NCBI GenBank assembly: GCA_964035545.1
Contig: OZ037765.1
Coordinates: forward strand, 23,931,504-23,995,503
Direction of reading: 5' to 3'
Source: Bugula neritina
Lineage: Eukaryota; Animalia; Bryozoa
DNA: 64,000 nt
Part shown: piece by piece, positions 12,501 to 27,500 of the stretch
Layout of the letters: every line of letters begins with the position of its first letter
Position numbering within the stretch: the stretch's first letter is position 1
Made by a program: the position numbers and the translations under genes
Notes under the pieces: model-generated
Databases searched by the model: none
Told to the model about the DNA's origin: nothing
Seen by the model: only the letters and a program-made list of their open reading frames with translations

Positions 12501-15500
12501 AAATCATGGCAGCACACCTTCCATACAAGGCAGCGCAGCAGTCATATTGTCATATGGACACATGTAGCCAGCTGGACAGATGGTGCAGTTTGCTTCACCA
12601 AAGGACGCTTGGAAAGTGTTTATTGGACAGCCTTTCTCAAACTCAGTGCCTTCTGGACAGTAGTGACCAGGTGGACAGAGATAGCCTTCAGATGGATCAG
12701 TAGGGGTGGGTGTAGAGCTTCCCCCAGAGCACACATATCTGAGAAAAAAAGTTTAAATGTAAAACAAAATATACTAATATTCCTTCAGTACAGCGTCTAT
12801 GATTGCTAACACTGTATATTGAAAAGTTACCTGCTACATACCCAGACCAGCTCATCTTTTACAGATTATTAATTTTCCTTGAATAATTATGTTTTTACAC
12901 TTATTCGGGTTTATAGTGGCTATCCCGGTGAGAACCCCAATAGAAAGAATTTTTTAGCGGCCTAAAGGCTTGTTTTCTATTGTGGCAAAAGAGTAATTAT
13001 GACTGAATGCCCTTCCTAACACCCCCAATGGCCTGTTCTGGGGGATCAACCACCTGTGTTTACTAAGCCAGCGCTCTAACCCCTAGACTATGAACGCTCC
13101 TTATTATATTCCTTACAAATATCTCAAATACTCAAAGATAATTTAATTACCCCGGGCTACAGAGAGGAGCTCCTTGCGAAATGGTGTAATGCTCAGCGTT
13201 ACAGTATCGGCCACGTAGACATGGCAGACAGTCATCCAGCTCTGACATACCAGTGTAGAGTGAGTATGTGCCAGCAGGGCAAGGCACAGGGAAGTCAGTA
13301 CCATTAGGACAATAGTAGCCTTTAGGGCAAATACTATTCCCTGTCCAGTCTGCCACAGTCTCATTGATCTGTAACAGAACATTTGCGTGTATAATATGTA
13401 GTATGGTATCTTTGTACAAAAAGTGCTAGTAAAATCTTGTCAAGTGTAGGTTAAAAATATATATTTATCACAAACATAATTTAGCTTTCTGATGTAGATT
13501 CATTTGGTATAGTGCAGTTCTTGTCAACAGAATGTCATAATATAAGCAAACTTTAGAACAAAGTTTTAAACTAATTAGAACAATCAATATGCACTTACAG
13601 AATCATTTCTAGGAGTTGCAGAATAAGAACCACCGGTGCAGTAGTAGCCACCTTCACATTCTCCGCTGGGGGTGTCTAACCCACTCTGCCCACAATACAT
13701 ACCAGCATCACAAGGAACACAGCTTTCTTCTGAGGTTGCATTCTCTCTGGGCATGTATGTTGATGGAGGACACGGGAAAGAAAACTTGAGGCCAGTACCT
13801 TCTGGACAATAGTGACCAACTGGACATGACGCTGGGTAAGTTACTGGGTGACCTAGAATAAAGATACAACTTTCTTTACTACTCAGTGAAGGAAGTCTGT
13901 AAAACTACAAGTATTCATATTAAATCTTTCTTGTATCTCCTACAAGTGTTAAGGATTTGATTCATTAGAACTACTAACATTATACAGTAAATTACAAGAA
14001 ACACAACATTGTGGCAAGGTTTCAACATAGCTGTGCTAACAAATATTTAAAGACAAAATATAAATTATAAGAGATTACACTACACTTCTATTTTTTGTTG
14101 ATAATATGCATGAAAAATTTTGATATATATTATTAGTATAGCAGTGCATTTTCAAAATTCAAATTATTTTTAGTTTATGAAAACTAAAATGCTTCTTGAT
14201 TATTAAAACAGCAGTTGAGTTGACAACAACTACAGGTGTTTGTGAAAAAGTTGAGATTTTAGCAAAGTGTATAAGCAAGAAGCTAATAGTAGGCAAATAG
14301 CAAATTAGCTAACAATCATAGCTGCTTATAAAGCCATCTCAGCAAGCTTAAAGCCTATGAAATACAATAAAAGTTTCACTACATTACTATGATTTGTTAG
14401 ATGACTAAAGTCTAAAGATACTACAAGCACAAGTTTACCTTCGCTATCAGTTGTGTTCTCTACAAAGGGGTGAACAATTAGCTAAATTTAAGCACATATA
14501 ATACAAAGTGATATGATGACGCACAGTATACAGAAATAATATCATGTGGAAGTACTACAATCTGTCCAATGACAGCTTAGCTATATGCATAAAAACTAAA
14601 ATAAAATTTAATTCACTGCATAAACATTGTCACCAAAACTAGGACAAATGTCAAAAGAAATAAATAAAAGTAGCATGTAGAAAACTTCATGTGTATTTGT
14701 AGAAAATATTCTCTCAACTATGGAGTGGCATTCATAGCAAACTATAAGTTTATAGTAATACAGGATTTCTTTCAAGGCAGATAAAATCTGAGTTCAAACA
14801 ATGTTGATTGCCACTAATAAACCCTTATATAACAAGCTAATCTACATTTTTCTAACATTAAAATTATTAACCTTTGTGATAAACTGACAGCAAACATAAT
14901 GCATGATCTAAAGTCGCCAGAAAACTGACAAAATTACCCCTAAATGGAAAAACATAGAACTGAGGTGATGAAGTGTATAACTTACGGTCATTTGGATCAC
15001 AATAATACCCAGCAGGGCAGGGTTCACATTGATGTTGTGCTATTTGCATTTGAGTATAGCCCAAAGGACAGGCTGTAGGTAGAGAAGATCCAGTGGGGCA
15101 GTAGTGACCCATCCAGCATTCAAAACCTTGTGGGGTGAAAGCCTGCTGACCTCCAGGGCAATAGTAACCCTGAGAGCATTCACCAGTTACAGCACTCAAA
15201 CCTTCACCTAAACATCACACAAAACTTTGAAAAATGGCCATGGATAAAATTTTACATAAATTTAACTCAAGTTTCAAAAAAATATGTTGAAAAATTTATT
15301 GTATGCAAACGAAACATTTATAAAACAGCCACAAGCAACAAGCTGCATATAACAGATTAGATACAGAGATTTTACAGTGTATGAATGTCACAAACCCGCA
15401 AGAATCATTTTATTGGCACAAAATATAATTTATCTGCCATTTAAATATTTTATGATTTTAATATGAAATTTTGGCACAGAAAACATCTGACAAAATACCT

Positions 15501-18500
15501 TGAAAAATTAACTAACTTAATAACCTAACTTGATAACTTGATTAACTATCTTTACAAAAAATGAATGAACAAAACAAACCACTGACATGAGGCAACAAGG
15601 TTTTGTAATTTACTTTAAAACTTAAAATACTTCAACATATTCTCTATATTTAGATACAATAAATTGGTATATTATAAATGAGCTTACCTTCACAGTAGTA
15701 TCCAGCTGTACAGTTCAAGCAATCGTCAAACTCATTATTACCTTCTGTAGCCGAGAATGTACCCTCGGGACAAGCGTATGGTACACCAGTACCGGTTGGG
15801 CAGTAATGTCCACTAGGACATATATACTGGTCTGGTACAGTGCTTGTGTGGTTGCAGTAATAGCCCTCGTGACACGAACCTTTTCAAATTAAATAAAATT
15901 ATTGTTTACAATTGAATATAGCTTAAAATACACAGCATAGGCTGAAAACAAACTTAACTTTGATAAAAATGATGTATCAAATCATAAACAAACGCAAAAT
16001 ATAAATTACAATATAACACTATATTGCTATATGAATCATAATGCACATTTATATATTATCAAGAGAACTATTATGCAGTTTTATGTATTGTAATGTAAGC
16101 AGCAATGTAGCTTTATATAGCATAAATAATATGAATCATAATAATAATATAACTTCATAAAGTATATTGCAAACCATAATATAACTTATACCTGTGTATA
16201 GAGGAAGACCTGGACTGTGACAGTATTTACCACCTGGACATGGTAATGGTGCCTCAGAGCCTTGGGGACAGTAGTAGCCCTTAGGACACAACCCACCAGT
16301 CGTCATTTCAAAGGCTGGGCATACACAGTCCCAAGTAGGCGTGCAGGTGTCATTGCTATACAGACTTCTGAAATTATATTATATTATATTGTATTATATT
16401 ACATTGCGTTATATTATATATGTATATAATGCTTAATGCTTATTTGCAATGTACAAGCTATTAACCACATGGAAAACGAATAATGCCTAAAATATGCAAT
16501 ATAAAAAAAGATTATATTCTATACACTTTAGAAGCATGGGAATGTAATGCAGAAATTGCTTTATAAATATAAATATTCTAATACAGTAGTACAATGACAG
16601 AGCTATTACTGCAGTGAAAGTCAATGAAGTTTATGCTTATTAATAAAATTTGAATCAAGTGAATCAATACAGACCTATAAAATAATCTATCAACAAAGTA
16701 TACGACACAATGTAATACAATTCAATAATTAAAAATCTCCAGATAACTCACTGACTAGTTCCACTTATATTAGTTAGAGATCCATGGTCATATGGGCGCT
16801 GTTGGAAGCTACCCCCAGCACAGAAAAATCCTTCATCACAGAGGCCATCTGGAACCTACACATACATACCATCACATAGGTACACAAAACATATTGTAAG
16901 TTAAGTTTAACAAAACAGACACATGTTAATAAAATGAGAAATAGATGAAAACCATACCGTGTTTCCTTGACCATGACAGAAGTAGCCCGGAGAGCATTGA
17001 ATGCAATCATCCAGTTGATATGCAGCTGTCTGGTTATTAAATGTTCCCTTAGGACAAGGATACTCGGTATCGAACCTGGTGTTTAGTGGACAATAGTGAC
17101 CAGTTGGACACTCAGCTGGGATAACTGTCTCATTCACACAATAATAACCTGCAACGGCAGTTTCTGACTTAATGCTATATGCAAAACTTACAAAATAGAT
17201 TTTCTCATTATGTACATGTCTAGAGAAGACATTTATGATTTTACTTTGCTATGCACTTCAGTTATTATTCCTAAACACTTTCGTGTTACTTTATTTTATT
17301 ACGTTATCATAATGTTTATATAAAAATAAACATTAATTCAATGTATAGCCAATATTCTGGTGACAAACAATGAAATATATTATTGGTATCAACAGCATTT
17401 CAATGAAACAACTATGTCACGAAAAATCCTGATGCTCCTAAGAATGTTCTGTGATAACTCATTAGTAATGTAATAGAGAATTAGAGGATATCAGGTGTAA
17501 ACAGTACAGAATAGTTATTGCAGCTGTAGGAATACCTTCTGGGCAGTCTAGACAGGAGTCCATCTGCGCGCTGGGGGTGTAGTATCCCGCCAAGCAAGGG
17601 ACTGGCCAGGTAGTGCCTGCAGGGCACTCTGAACCAGGTGTACAGATTCCTCCTTCACCTGTGTGACTTACATTCTCATTGGGTTGAGAGACGTTGCTTC
17701 CCTAAAGTACATAGCATGGTTTAGTAGTCAAGTATACAAAGCACACCATCAAAATACAGACAACAGAAATTGTATCTCAATGTAGATACATCTACTCAAA
17801 ACTTACTTTCAAATAAATATAATTGTCTAACTTTTGTAAAATACTGAACTATCTTTCAAAATAAAATGATATTCTCTTTTGCCAATGAAATAAAACCATT
17901 TTGTAAAAATAAATATGTGTATACCATAAAATTATATAGTAATACATTCACATTCAGCCATGTAAGCTAATCCCACGACCAACTTAAAAGCATTAAAACT
18001 GTGACAAAATAAATATTTGATGCAAATTTCTAAAATGTCCCATTTTAGTTAGACTGGTGAAGAAGTTTGCCTACCTGCGTTTTACTGTAACTTACCTGCA
18101 CACAAAAGAAACCTGGACTACATAATCCTGCAGGAGCAGACAACCCATCAGCATCACAGTAAGTCCCGCCTGTACAAGGTGAGCACTGTGTTTCATTGTT
18201 TAGACCTTCTCTGTCTCCAAATGTTCCTGCAATTTCAGAAGGTATTAGTTTGATACTATGACCTGATTTAAGCTGAAAGTAATATGCCTACTTAGCAGTG
18301 TAACTTATCTACTATACTACCAGCCCCACTCTTGAGAGGAAAGTCTAAGAAGACTACTAAAAGCTTGTTGTACAGAAGTTTATTTGCAAATTAGTAAAGT
18401 TTTCATAGTAGGTTATCCATTAAAATGTATTTACCATAACGTGTAAGCTGCAACTATTACTATATGTTACACAATTATAATAATTATTATATTTTAAATA

Positions 18501-21500
18501 TAGCATAAATTACAAAGCCTTAAAAACAAAGTTCTAAGAACTCACCAACAGGACAAGCTGTGATAGCCAATCCAGTAGAAGGAGGGCAATAATAGCCTTG
18601 AGGGCACGGGTCCGCCATGACCCCATCTGTGCATCTATAGCCCTGTGGGCAGTCATAGCATATGCTAGCCCCAGTATGATTCATGTATGTAGTATCAGGA
18701 CAGGGAATAGGCTGGGCACTGGCGGCTGGACAGTAGTAACCAATAGGACAGATGTCCCCTGTCAGTCCATCTACAGTTAGGTAATAAAAACTCATTTTAA
18801 TTCATTAAAACCCAAATTCGGGGCACCTTCTTCAAATTCTTCTAAGAAAGCATCAGATTCTCTGTAAACTAATGCAAGGATTGCAATAATTTTTTTGCAG
18901 CATTTAAACCTGTTTCATAACATTTGCATTTTATAGCAAAGCATTTCAGAATTTAGGTGAGACAGCCCACATGTAATTGCCACAAGAAACACATCATTAA
19001 AATAACTGTGATACCTGTAGGGTTGGGAACTGATGCATTGCTAGTACAGTAGTAGCCTTCTAAACATGCGCCAGTAATGTTGGTACTTCCCGTGTCGGAG
19101 CAATAGTACCCAGGATCACAGGCTATACATTCATCTAGCTTCTTTTTACCTACAAACAGGCAGATTAAAGTTACCATATATATATGAGGGGCAACAGGTA
19201 GTAAAGCTTTTCTATTTATTCAAAGCAACAAAATCAGCAAATCATTCGGTCAGATGTATTTTTACAGCTTAAACTTCAACATGTTGAAAATTATTGAAAA
19301 AAAAATTAATCTTAGCAGAATCATTTAAGAAATTAGGGAAGCTAGTACAAAATTGTGTAAAAGATGAAAAGTGAGCCAGTATAAATGTTAACAAGAAATG
19401 TAGGCAGAGATGCTATATACAATGCAATAGAAAATACAATAATATGAAACATATTACCAAGGTGAAAGAGTCAAACAGCATAAGAAAAAAGCATTAAAAC
19501 AGAGAAAATATGAGAAAATGTATTTTACCTGGTACAGCTGTTTATAAATGAAAAGCAAAAATTTAGGAACATGGCAGATTACCACAATGACCTGCACATT
19601 ATTTCCCATATTAATTAGTTCTTTGCAAACTACACACATGTTACAGCAAATGCTTTATATGCATTAATAACTAAAAAATATGTTTCAGCAATCCTAGTTT
19701 GACTAATAAAAGCACTACAACTATAGTATCACACATGCATTATTATTTCAACTCATCAAAAAGCTAGTTTAATTCTTGTACATTGCACAAACATTTATTG
19801 TTCAATTTAGTATTTTAATGTTTTTAATTTGTTGTGTTCAAGCAGTTAAACAATAATATGTCAATACACTCAACTAGACTAAAATGACTAGTAACGCAGA
19901 CACATGTAAGTGTAGTCAGCACAGCAAACCTATTAGGATACAGAGTTGATGTATTCTTACCGTCAACAGGTAGATATGTACCGGCAGGACAACCGATCGG
20001 AGACGTAACACCTTGCGGGCAGTAGAATCCATTCGGGCAAAGATATCCCTCAGTCTCATTGAAAGGGTTGGATCTGAAACAACCAGAATTTCAACATCTT
20101 TAAGTAGGCAAACGAATTCAGCAACATTCATGCTTATTGGAAACTATTACTATGTATATATCAATATCTGCAACCAGCATATTGTTAAATATATTGTAAT
20201 AATACATTCTATAGTATATGAAAGAGAAAAATGTCTAAAAAGATAATATTGAGGAATAATGTAACCTTACAAAATACATATGTCTTATAGGGCATTTTTC
20301 TGAAGTCCTTATTTGTTCAGTATAACTATTTAATCAATTTTAAGCTTCCAAATAAAGTATATAGGAAAGTGTTTATTGACAGAATAAATTTCACTAGTTT
20401 TATGATAGAACAAAAAATTTCCTATTTCAAAAACCTCAAATTTGCGGTAGCTGTATGACCAGAAAAGATGTCTAGAGTCTAGACCAAGCTCCTGTATTAA
20501 AAGCCGTCACATGTAGTAATACTAATATATACTACTGTGTTTACCTGCTGGAGCCCAGCTCACAGTAATGGCCAGCTACACAGGCAGCAGTTGGCTGAGT
20601 AAGTCCGGGACTGTCGCAGTACATCCCGGCATCACACAGGGTACACTCGGCCTCTTTGACCAAATCAGTTCTGTTACTGTATGTACCGATAGGGCAGTTT
20701 GTGCCTAAAATCCAGCAAAGAGAAATGGTTAGCATCCACTATTATATGTTAAGCTGATACCTCACTAATGCCAGACAGAAAATAAACTCTGCATAGTTAT
20801 AAAATATTTATTGTTTATAGTAGACTGAGATTTTGAGTCGCATGCAGATATGAAAGTCTGAAGAATATCAAATATGAAACAATAAGTACACAGTAAGAAG
20901 TCTGAGCAAAATAATCTATATTCTATACTAAAAGGTCTAATGTTAAATTTTCAAGTCTCTATCCCTGTGAGAACCCCTGATTTTAAAAGTTTTAAAGCTG
21001 GCTAAGATCTCCGTCTGTCACCAATACCGGGATTCAAACCCACAACCTAGCTCTTACTAGAGCAGTGCTTTAACCTCTAGGTCACAACTGTTTTTTAGGT
21101 TTAATAACTCAGCTTAAAATGCTCATTATTCAACTTTATCTTTAATAACTTGACTTTATCTCACTTGTAATATGTACAGTTACCAATATTTTATTTTCAC
21201 CTGAGGTTTTTATAAATAATATGCCATGAAAGCAGTACAGTAATTTAAAACTTTTACCTGCAAAGGAACCATTTACACAATATTTCCCAGCATCGCATGG
21301 CCTTCCAGTTACATAGTCATCAGGGGTGGGTGTAGACGCCCCCAGTACACAGATGTAACCAGCATAACAGAGACCAGTGGGCTCTGTAAGACCAGTCTCT
21401 GCACAGTATGATCCAGCAGTGCAGTCAGTGCATTCACCTACAGACAAGGCAACATGTTATATCACCAGTCAACACTAATCTGTACACAAACAAAATATCT

Positions 21501-24500
21501 AAACTATCCAGCAGAATGTTTCAACCGTAAAACAAAATGGTTCCAAGCCTCTCATTTGCATGTGCAAGTAATACTTGTATAGCAACACTCACTGGCATCA
21601 GCTAGCATAGTAGAGTTGCTGAATGTGCCAGCAGGACACGGGTTTTGTGTAGCATACTCAGTGTTGGAAGGACAGTAGTATCCTGGCGGGCATTCAACTG
21701 GGACAATAACTCCAGTGATGTTAGACAGCTCATAATGGTCACAATAGGTTCCAGGTGGGCAGTTATCACAAGATGCCATTCCGTCATTAGGAGCATAAGT
21801 ACCTAAAATAAATATCAACAACAAAATTTTTTGCCAAATATAAATGAAACAGCAATAATTACTTTGTACAACACATGTGTTATATTTGCAGGTAATGTCT
21901 ATTTTATGTATAGTATGAAAAAGCTTTTAAACATTGAGCTGCAGAGCTGAACGTTTGGCATGGTGTGCTACAAGCTACATGTAAATCTAGCAATAAAATA
22001 AATACCTCTTTCACAAATAGTTGGTTCATCAGATCCTTCAGGGCAGTAGAATCCTTTAGGACACTGATAATTCAAGGGGGAGAGAGTAGCTTGACCCCCT
22101 GGACAGTAGTAACCTTGAGAGCAAGGTCCTGAGACTGCTGTTAGCCCAGGACTTACACATGCATAACCTAGAAAGTGTAAAAATAAACAGCTAGTATTAA
22201 AATGAACAAAAACAAGTTGAGTAAAACATAAAATTTGTATTTTAGCTGTGTTCCACACAACCAAGCAGATGCTCTCATCACGATTGATAACTCTTTCTCA
22301 AAATCTTACCAAACAGCTTACTGATTAGTGTATATCAACAGAGATGGCAGGTAGTAACAGGATACTGAACACTCACCAGCTGTGCAGTTGGTACAATCAG
22401 ACTCCATCATGTTCATTGACTCATTAGAGAAAGTACCAGCAGGGCAGGGTGTGGGGGTATCGGAGCCCTGGGGACAATACCTGCCTGGTGGGCACACAGT
22501 CTCAGCTGGGTTAGGTTGGGTGTCACCTCCGGGACAATAATATCCTGCATCACAATCACCTGCAACAAACATACAGCAGGGTAGAATGCCGAACCATGAG
22601 TACTTTGTATTATTTAGCTGAAAACCAGAGTAACATGTAGCATGCTATTGAACAATTTAGACATAGAAAATAATACCAACAAAAATTATAAATACCAGCT
22701 TGTTTGACAACAAACAGTAATACAAATACATGCATATTTTACGAAAGACAACAATGTTATCGTAATAATTCTACTAAATCTAAAACTGATGCGAGTTTTT
22801 TAATAATTATTTCACTCAACAAATTTATATATTCCAATGAAATCGTGAGAACTTGTAAACATGACTCATGGCAACTTACCGGTTGGAGAGCTCATTTCAG
22901 CATCAGCACAGTACTGTCCAGGAGTGCACAGAGTTGGAGCTGAGGAGCCGAGAGGGCAGTAGAAGCCGGGTTGACATCTTCCGCCTGTCATGTTGAGTTC
23001 CAGACATGAGCAGATGTCTATACTGCTGTAGTTACCTGAAATAAACATGGTAATGGTAATAGTGCTCCGGTCAGTGTATAATATAAGACATAGGCATGTA
23101 GCTACAGGGTAGTGACTCCTACAAGTGTATGCTCTACTACACATGGAAATGTTTCCAAAGTTGTGTTTTCATAACAATAAATCCTAATGTAGTAGACATA
23201 GAAATAGAATATGCAAAACATGAACTTGGCAATACTTAATTCAGATGACAATTTACAAAATTAGTTAGCTTTTCTGATTGAATTTTAGCTGCAGTTAGTA
23301 TGTATATAACTGAGTAGTATTTTAGTTATTGTCAATTATTGCATTGTGTATGATTACATGTAAGCTCACAGTAGTGTTACTACTGGTGCTCTACGTACCT
23401 AGCACAATGGGAGTGGCTTCAAACGCACCACCAGTACAGAACCACCCAGCATCACAGTATGCAGTGGGCTCACTGTTTCCTTCACCTGCGCAGTAAAAGC
23501 TCGGAGGGCACATCACGCAGGCACTTGAATTGCCAGCCTGTTTAATAAATATGAAACTTAATGTTATAATAAAACACGCGCACAGAATGAGATGATGACT
23601 ATCACAACGTTACAAACACTTGCTATAGTTGAGTACTCACTTCCGTCATGTTGTTGTAAGTACCAGGTGGACAAGGATACTGAGTAGCGTATTCAGTGCC
23701 GATAGGGCAGTAGTAGCCTGTGGGACAAGGGTAGTCTGTTGGGGTGGTTGTATTACCCACACAGTAAAATCCAGCAGGGCAAGGATCAAAGTTATATCGT
23801 CCTAATAACAAAAATCAAAGCGATAATAACATGTGTATATCAACTATACTTAAACATTGACATATAAATACCAGAGATGTAGTTACAAACCTGATGCAGC
23901 AGTGTAAGAGCCTGCTGGAGTAGGGATAGGAGAGGCAGAACCCCGAGGACAATAGCTGCCAGCTGGGCAAGTGTCACCAACACCTTTGCTTCCGGAACCA
24001 GCCAGGGGAGTATCTGTATCCACCCCGTACTCGCAGTAGTAAGTTCTTTGGCACTCGGTGTCTGGTTCAGACAAACCAGCAGACGTACACGCGTAGCCAC
24101 CTGAAACACAAATGAATCATTATGACAAAAGTACAGATTCTCTAACTTTGATTGCTTTCAGTTTTCACAGACAGAACTCAGCAAACTATTTTGCCACTAG
24201 CAAAGATCAAAAACCAAAAAGAAAATGTGAATCTTGAAGAACTCAAAGCTTTTTTCTAATTCTAAAAAATGACACATTTTATATCAGCAACATTCTGGCA
24301 TTAAATAAGAAACAACTAGATTGTAATAAAGACAAACGTACCTGAACACTGGGAACACTCTGATTCCATGGATAGTCCAGTTACGTTGGCATATGTGCCA
24401 GTCGGACACTTGATGAGATCATCACCTGTACCTTCAGGACAATAGTGCCCCAGCATACACGGGATAGCTTTGTCTCTGTCAGTACAATAGTAGCCAGCAG

Positions 24501-27500
24501 GACAAATGTCACACAAGTCAGCACCTAAATGGAATAGAAAAACCACATAGAATAAGCCATGGAAATACCCCAAGATGAAGTTGTGGTATAAAGCACTAAA
24601 CCATTGAAACATCACTAAGTTTTGTTTTGTTTGTTTTATTTCATTTTCATTAAAAAAAGTTTAAAAAGAAGTAGAAAAAGGGGTGTCACCCCAAAAGGGA
24701 GGCAATAGCAAAGCTAGTTTTGTCTTATAGATACATAAATTTGTATATAAAATGACAGCAGCATTAGTAGCTTTTAATAAAAACTGTTCAGTAGAGAAAT
24801 TTTATTATTTTGCAAAGTACGCTGAAACACACTGCTATACGAATATTCATATTGCAACTATAAGTAACAGAGTACGAGAGAATACCTGTATAATTAGTGT
24901 ACGTCCCGTTGACACAAGGTAGCTGGTGATCAGAACCTGTAGGGCAGTAATATCCGGCAGCGCATATGTCTCCCATTACACCATCAACTGGAGCTGATGT
25001 AGACGCCCCGCTGAGACAGTAATAACCAGCTAAGCAGTCTCCTGTGGTGTTAGTCATTCCGGAATCTTCACAATATTTTCCTACATGGAACATCACAATT
25101 TCACTGATAGTATTTTTAGCTGATAGCTAGATCATATCACGCAAAGAGTTATGAAACATATATCAGGTGATACACATAAATAAAATGTGTACTAGCAAGC
25201 TTATGATGCTCACTACACCATGTATAATTTATTATAAAGAGTATATAAATAAAATTTACTGCGGAGTATTAAAATACAGTTAGTCTAGCACAAAATGGTG
25301 AAAAGTAACATTTCAGCATAAAATAGAGAGGAAATATTTGAGTATTACAGATCAGCATAACTTTGTATATCAGCACAGCCTACATGAGTGTGTAGCAGCA
25401 TAGCCTACATGAGTGTGTAGCAGCATAGCCTACATGAGTGTGTAGCAGCATAGTCTACATGAGTGTGTAGCAGCATAGTCTACAGGGGTGTAATATGACG
25501 CACTGCTGTTAAACTAAGGTAGTCTAGAGTTATAGAGTTTTTAATTTTTTATTCTTATAGCAATACATATAAACTTAGAAGAAGATCTTTTTGGCTAAGA
25601 CCTTTTTTTACAAACACTTACCTCTCCCAAATTATTTAACAAGCATGGCAATCACATTATATCGTTATGATTAATGCTTTAATATGTTGAAAATATTGAA
25701 CCTGGTTTAAATATTGTGTCTTGCATTGCAGTGTTTATTTGCGAAAAGGCTAGTTAGTATTTTCAGCTAAAAAAAGTAAAAAAGTTGAAAAAATGCCTCA
25801 CCAGGACTGCAGGGGGTGCAGTCATCTACACTGCCAATTCCGGTGCTGGCAAGATAAGTGCCAGGAGGGCACGGAACTGGAGTATGTGTTCCGTTAGGAC
25901 AGTAATGTCCAGCAGTACAGGTATTTCCATAGTCCTTACCAACAGGCTCTGGTTCTTCACTACCACCAGTACAGTAGTAACCTGCATCATTCACCAACAG
26001 CGTTATCACCACAATTAGAAACAGGTGAGATGTTCTCACTAAAAGGAACTGTTTAGGCTAAATGTTTATTGTAATGCTATTCGGATTAATTTTGATTTTG
26101 TTGTGTTTCTTCGCCTGCCTTATATCTAAATCTTATTTAACGTTTTGTATTTTTGTTATTTACCTGCTCTGTATTTACATCTTAAGGAAATAATTACCTG
26201 CATAGCAAACTCCAGATGAAGAGCTCATGCCAAGCTGAGAGCAGTAATAGCCCGGTGTGCAGGGTTCGCACTCACTGCTATTGGTTAGTCCAGTTATGTT
26301 ATTGAAAGTGCCACGTGGACATTTGACCCCGGCACTACTTCCAGTAGGACAGTATTGGCCAAGAGGGCAGATATCCCCGGTCACGCCATCAACTGGTGTG
26401 GCAGACTCAGCAGCCAGAGAACAGTAGTATCCTTCTGCACATTCACCTGTAACCTCAGTGTTACCTGAGCCCAGACAGTAGTATGATGGAGTACAAGGGG
26501 TGCACTGTGTGATATTGGACAGACCAGTTGTGTTGCTGAATGTTCCGGCAGGACAAAGATATTGTAACGCAGCCTCAGTTCCAAGTGGACAGTACGACCC
26601 AGCTGGGCAGGGCTCAGGTATATCCACCCCTCTATAGCTACGGTATCTACCACTGAAGTTGCCTGTTAGAGTCAAGTTCTCACTGTCTAAATCTTCATAA
26701 TCACCTAACAAGTAAATATTGAGTATCACTAGATGAGGTGCCCTCTTTGTTTATAAGACATATAAATACAGAGACTGCATCAAAACTGCAACTAATTGCA
26801 TTAACTGTTCAGAAGGAAGCTTACCAATAGCCTGGCAGTAGAACGAGATAGGACACAGGTCACAGTAATCTCTCTTCCACTGTGACTGATAGTATCCGGA
26901 TGGACAGCCAGTCTCATTGTGTGAGCCTTTTGGACAGAAGTGGCCCGGTGAACAGGTCAAATGACTGGGTCTAGGTGTGTCTATGCCTATATATGCAGTA
27001 GAAGTTTTAACAAAGTAGGTGCAAACCTTCATTAAAACTAAATAATCATATAAGTAGAATGTGTCACATTAGTGTCATGTAGCTGTTATATACAATATTT
27101 TTTAATAGCAGAGGAATACAGCGGAACACAGGCTGACCTGAAGGACAGAAGTAGCCGGCATCACAGTCACCATCTGGCACTGAGTTGCCATAACCTGAAC
27201 AATATTGACCAGGTGTACACGGCAAACAGTCTGTGATATTCTCACTTCTGGTCGTGTCTGCAAAATACGAAGAGCTTGTAGAGCTACACACCTACACCAA
27301 ACACTTTGCGTCTATAGATACAAGAATTGAATAAAATTATAGAGTTATAAAAACATATATCAAGAATATAGAAACATACTAATAAAGGTTCCAGGTGGAC
27401 ACTGCACCTCTATTGAGGTGCCTTCGGGGCAGTAATGCCCAGTTCGACACTCAGTAGGATTTGGAGTGTTGTCTCCCCCGCTACAGTAGTAGCCAGCTGA

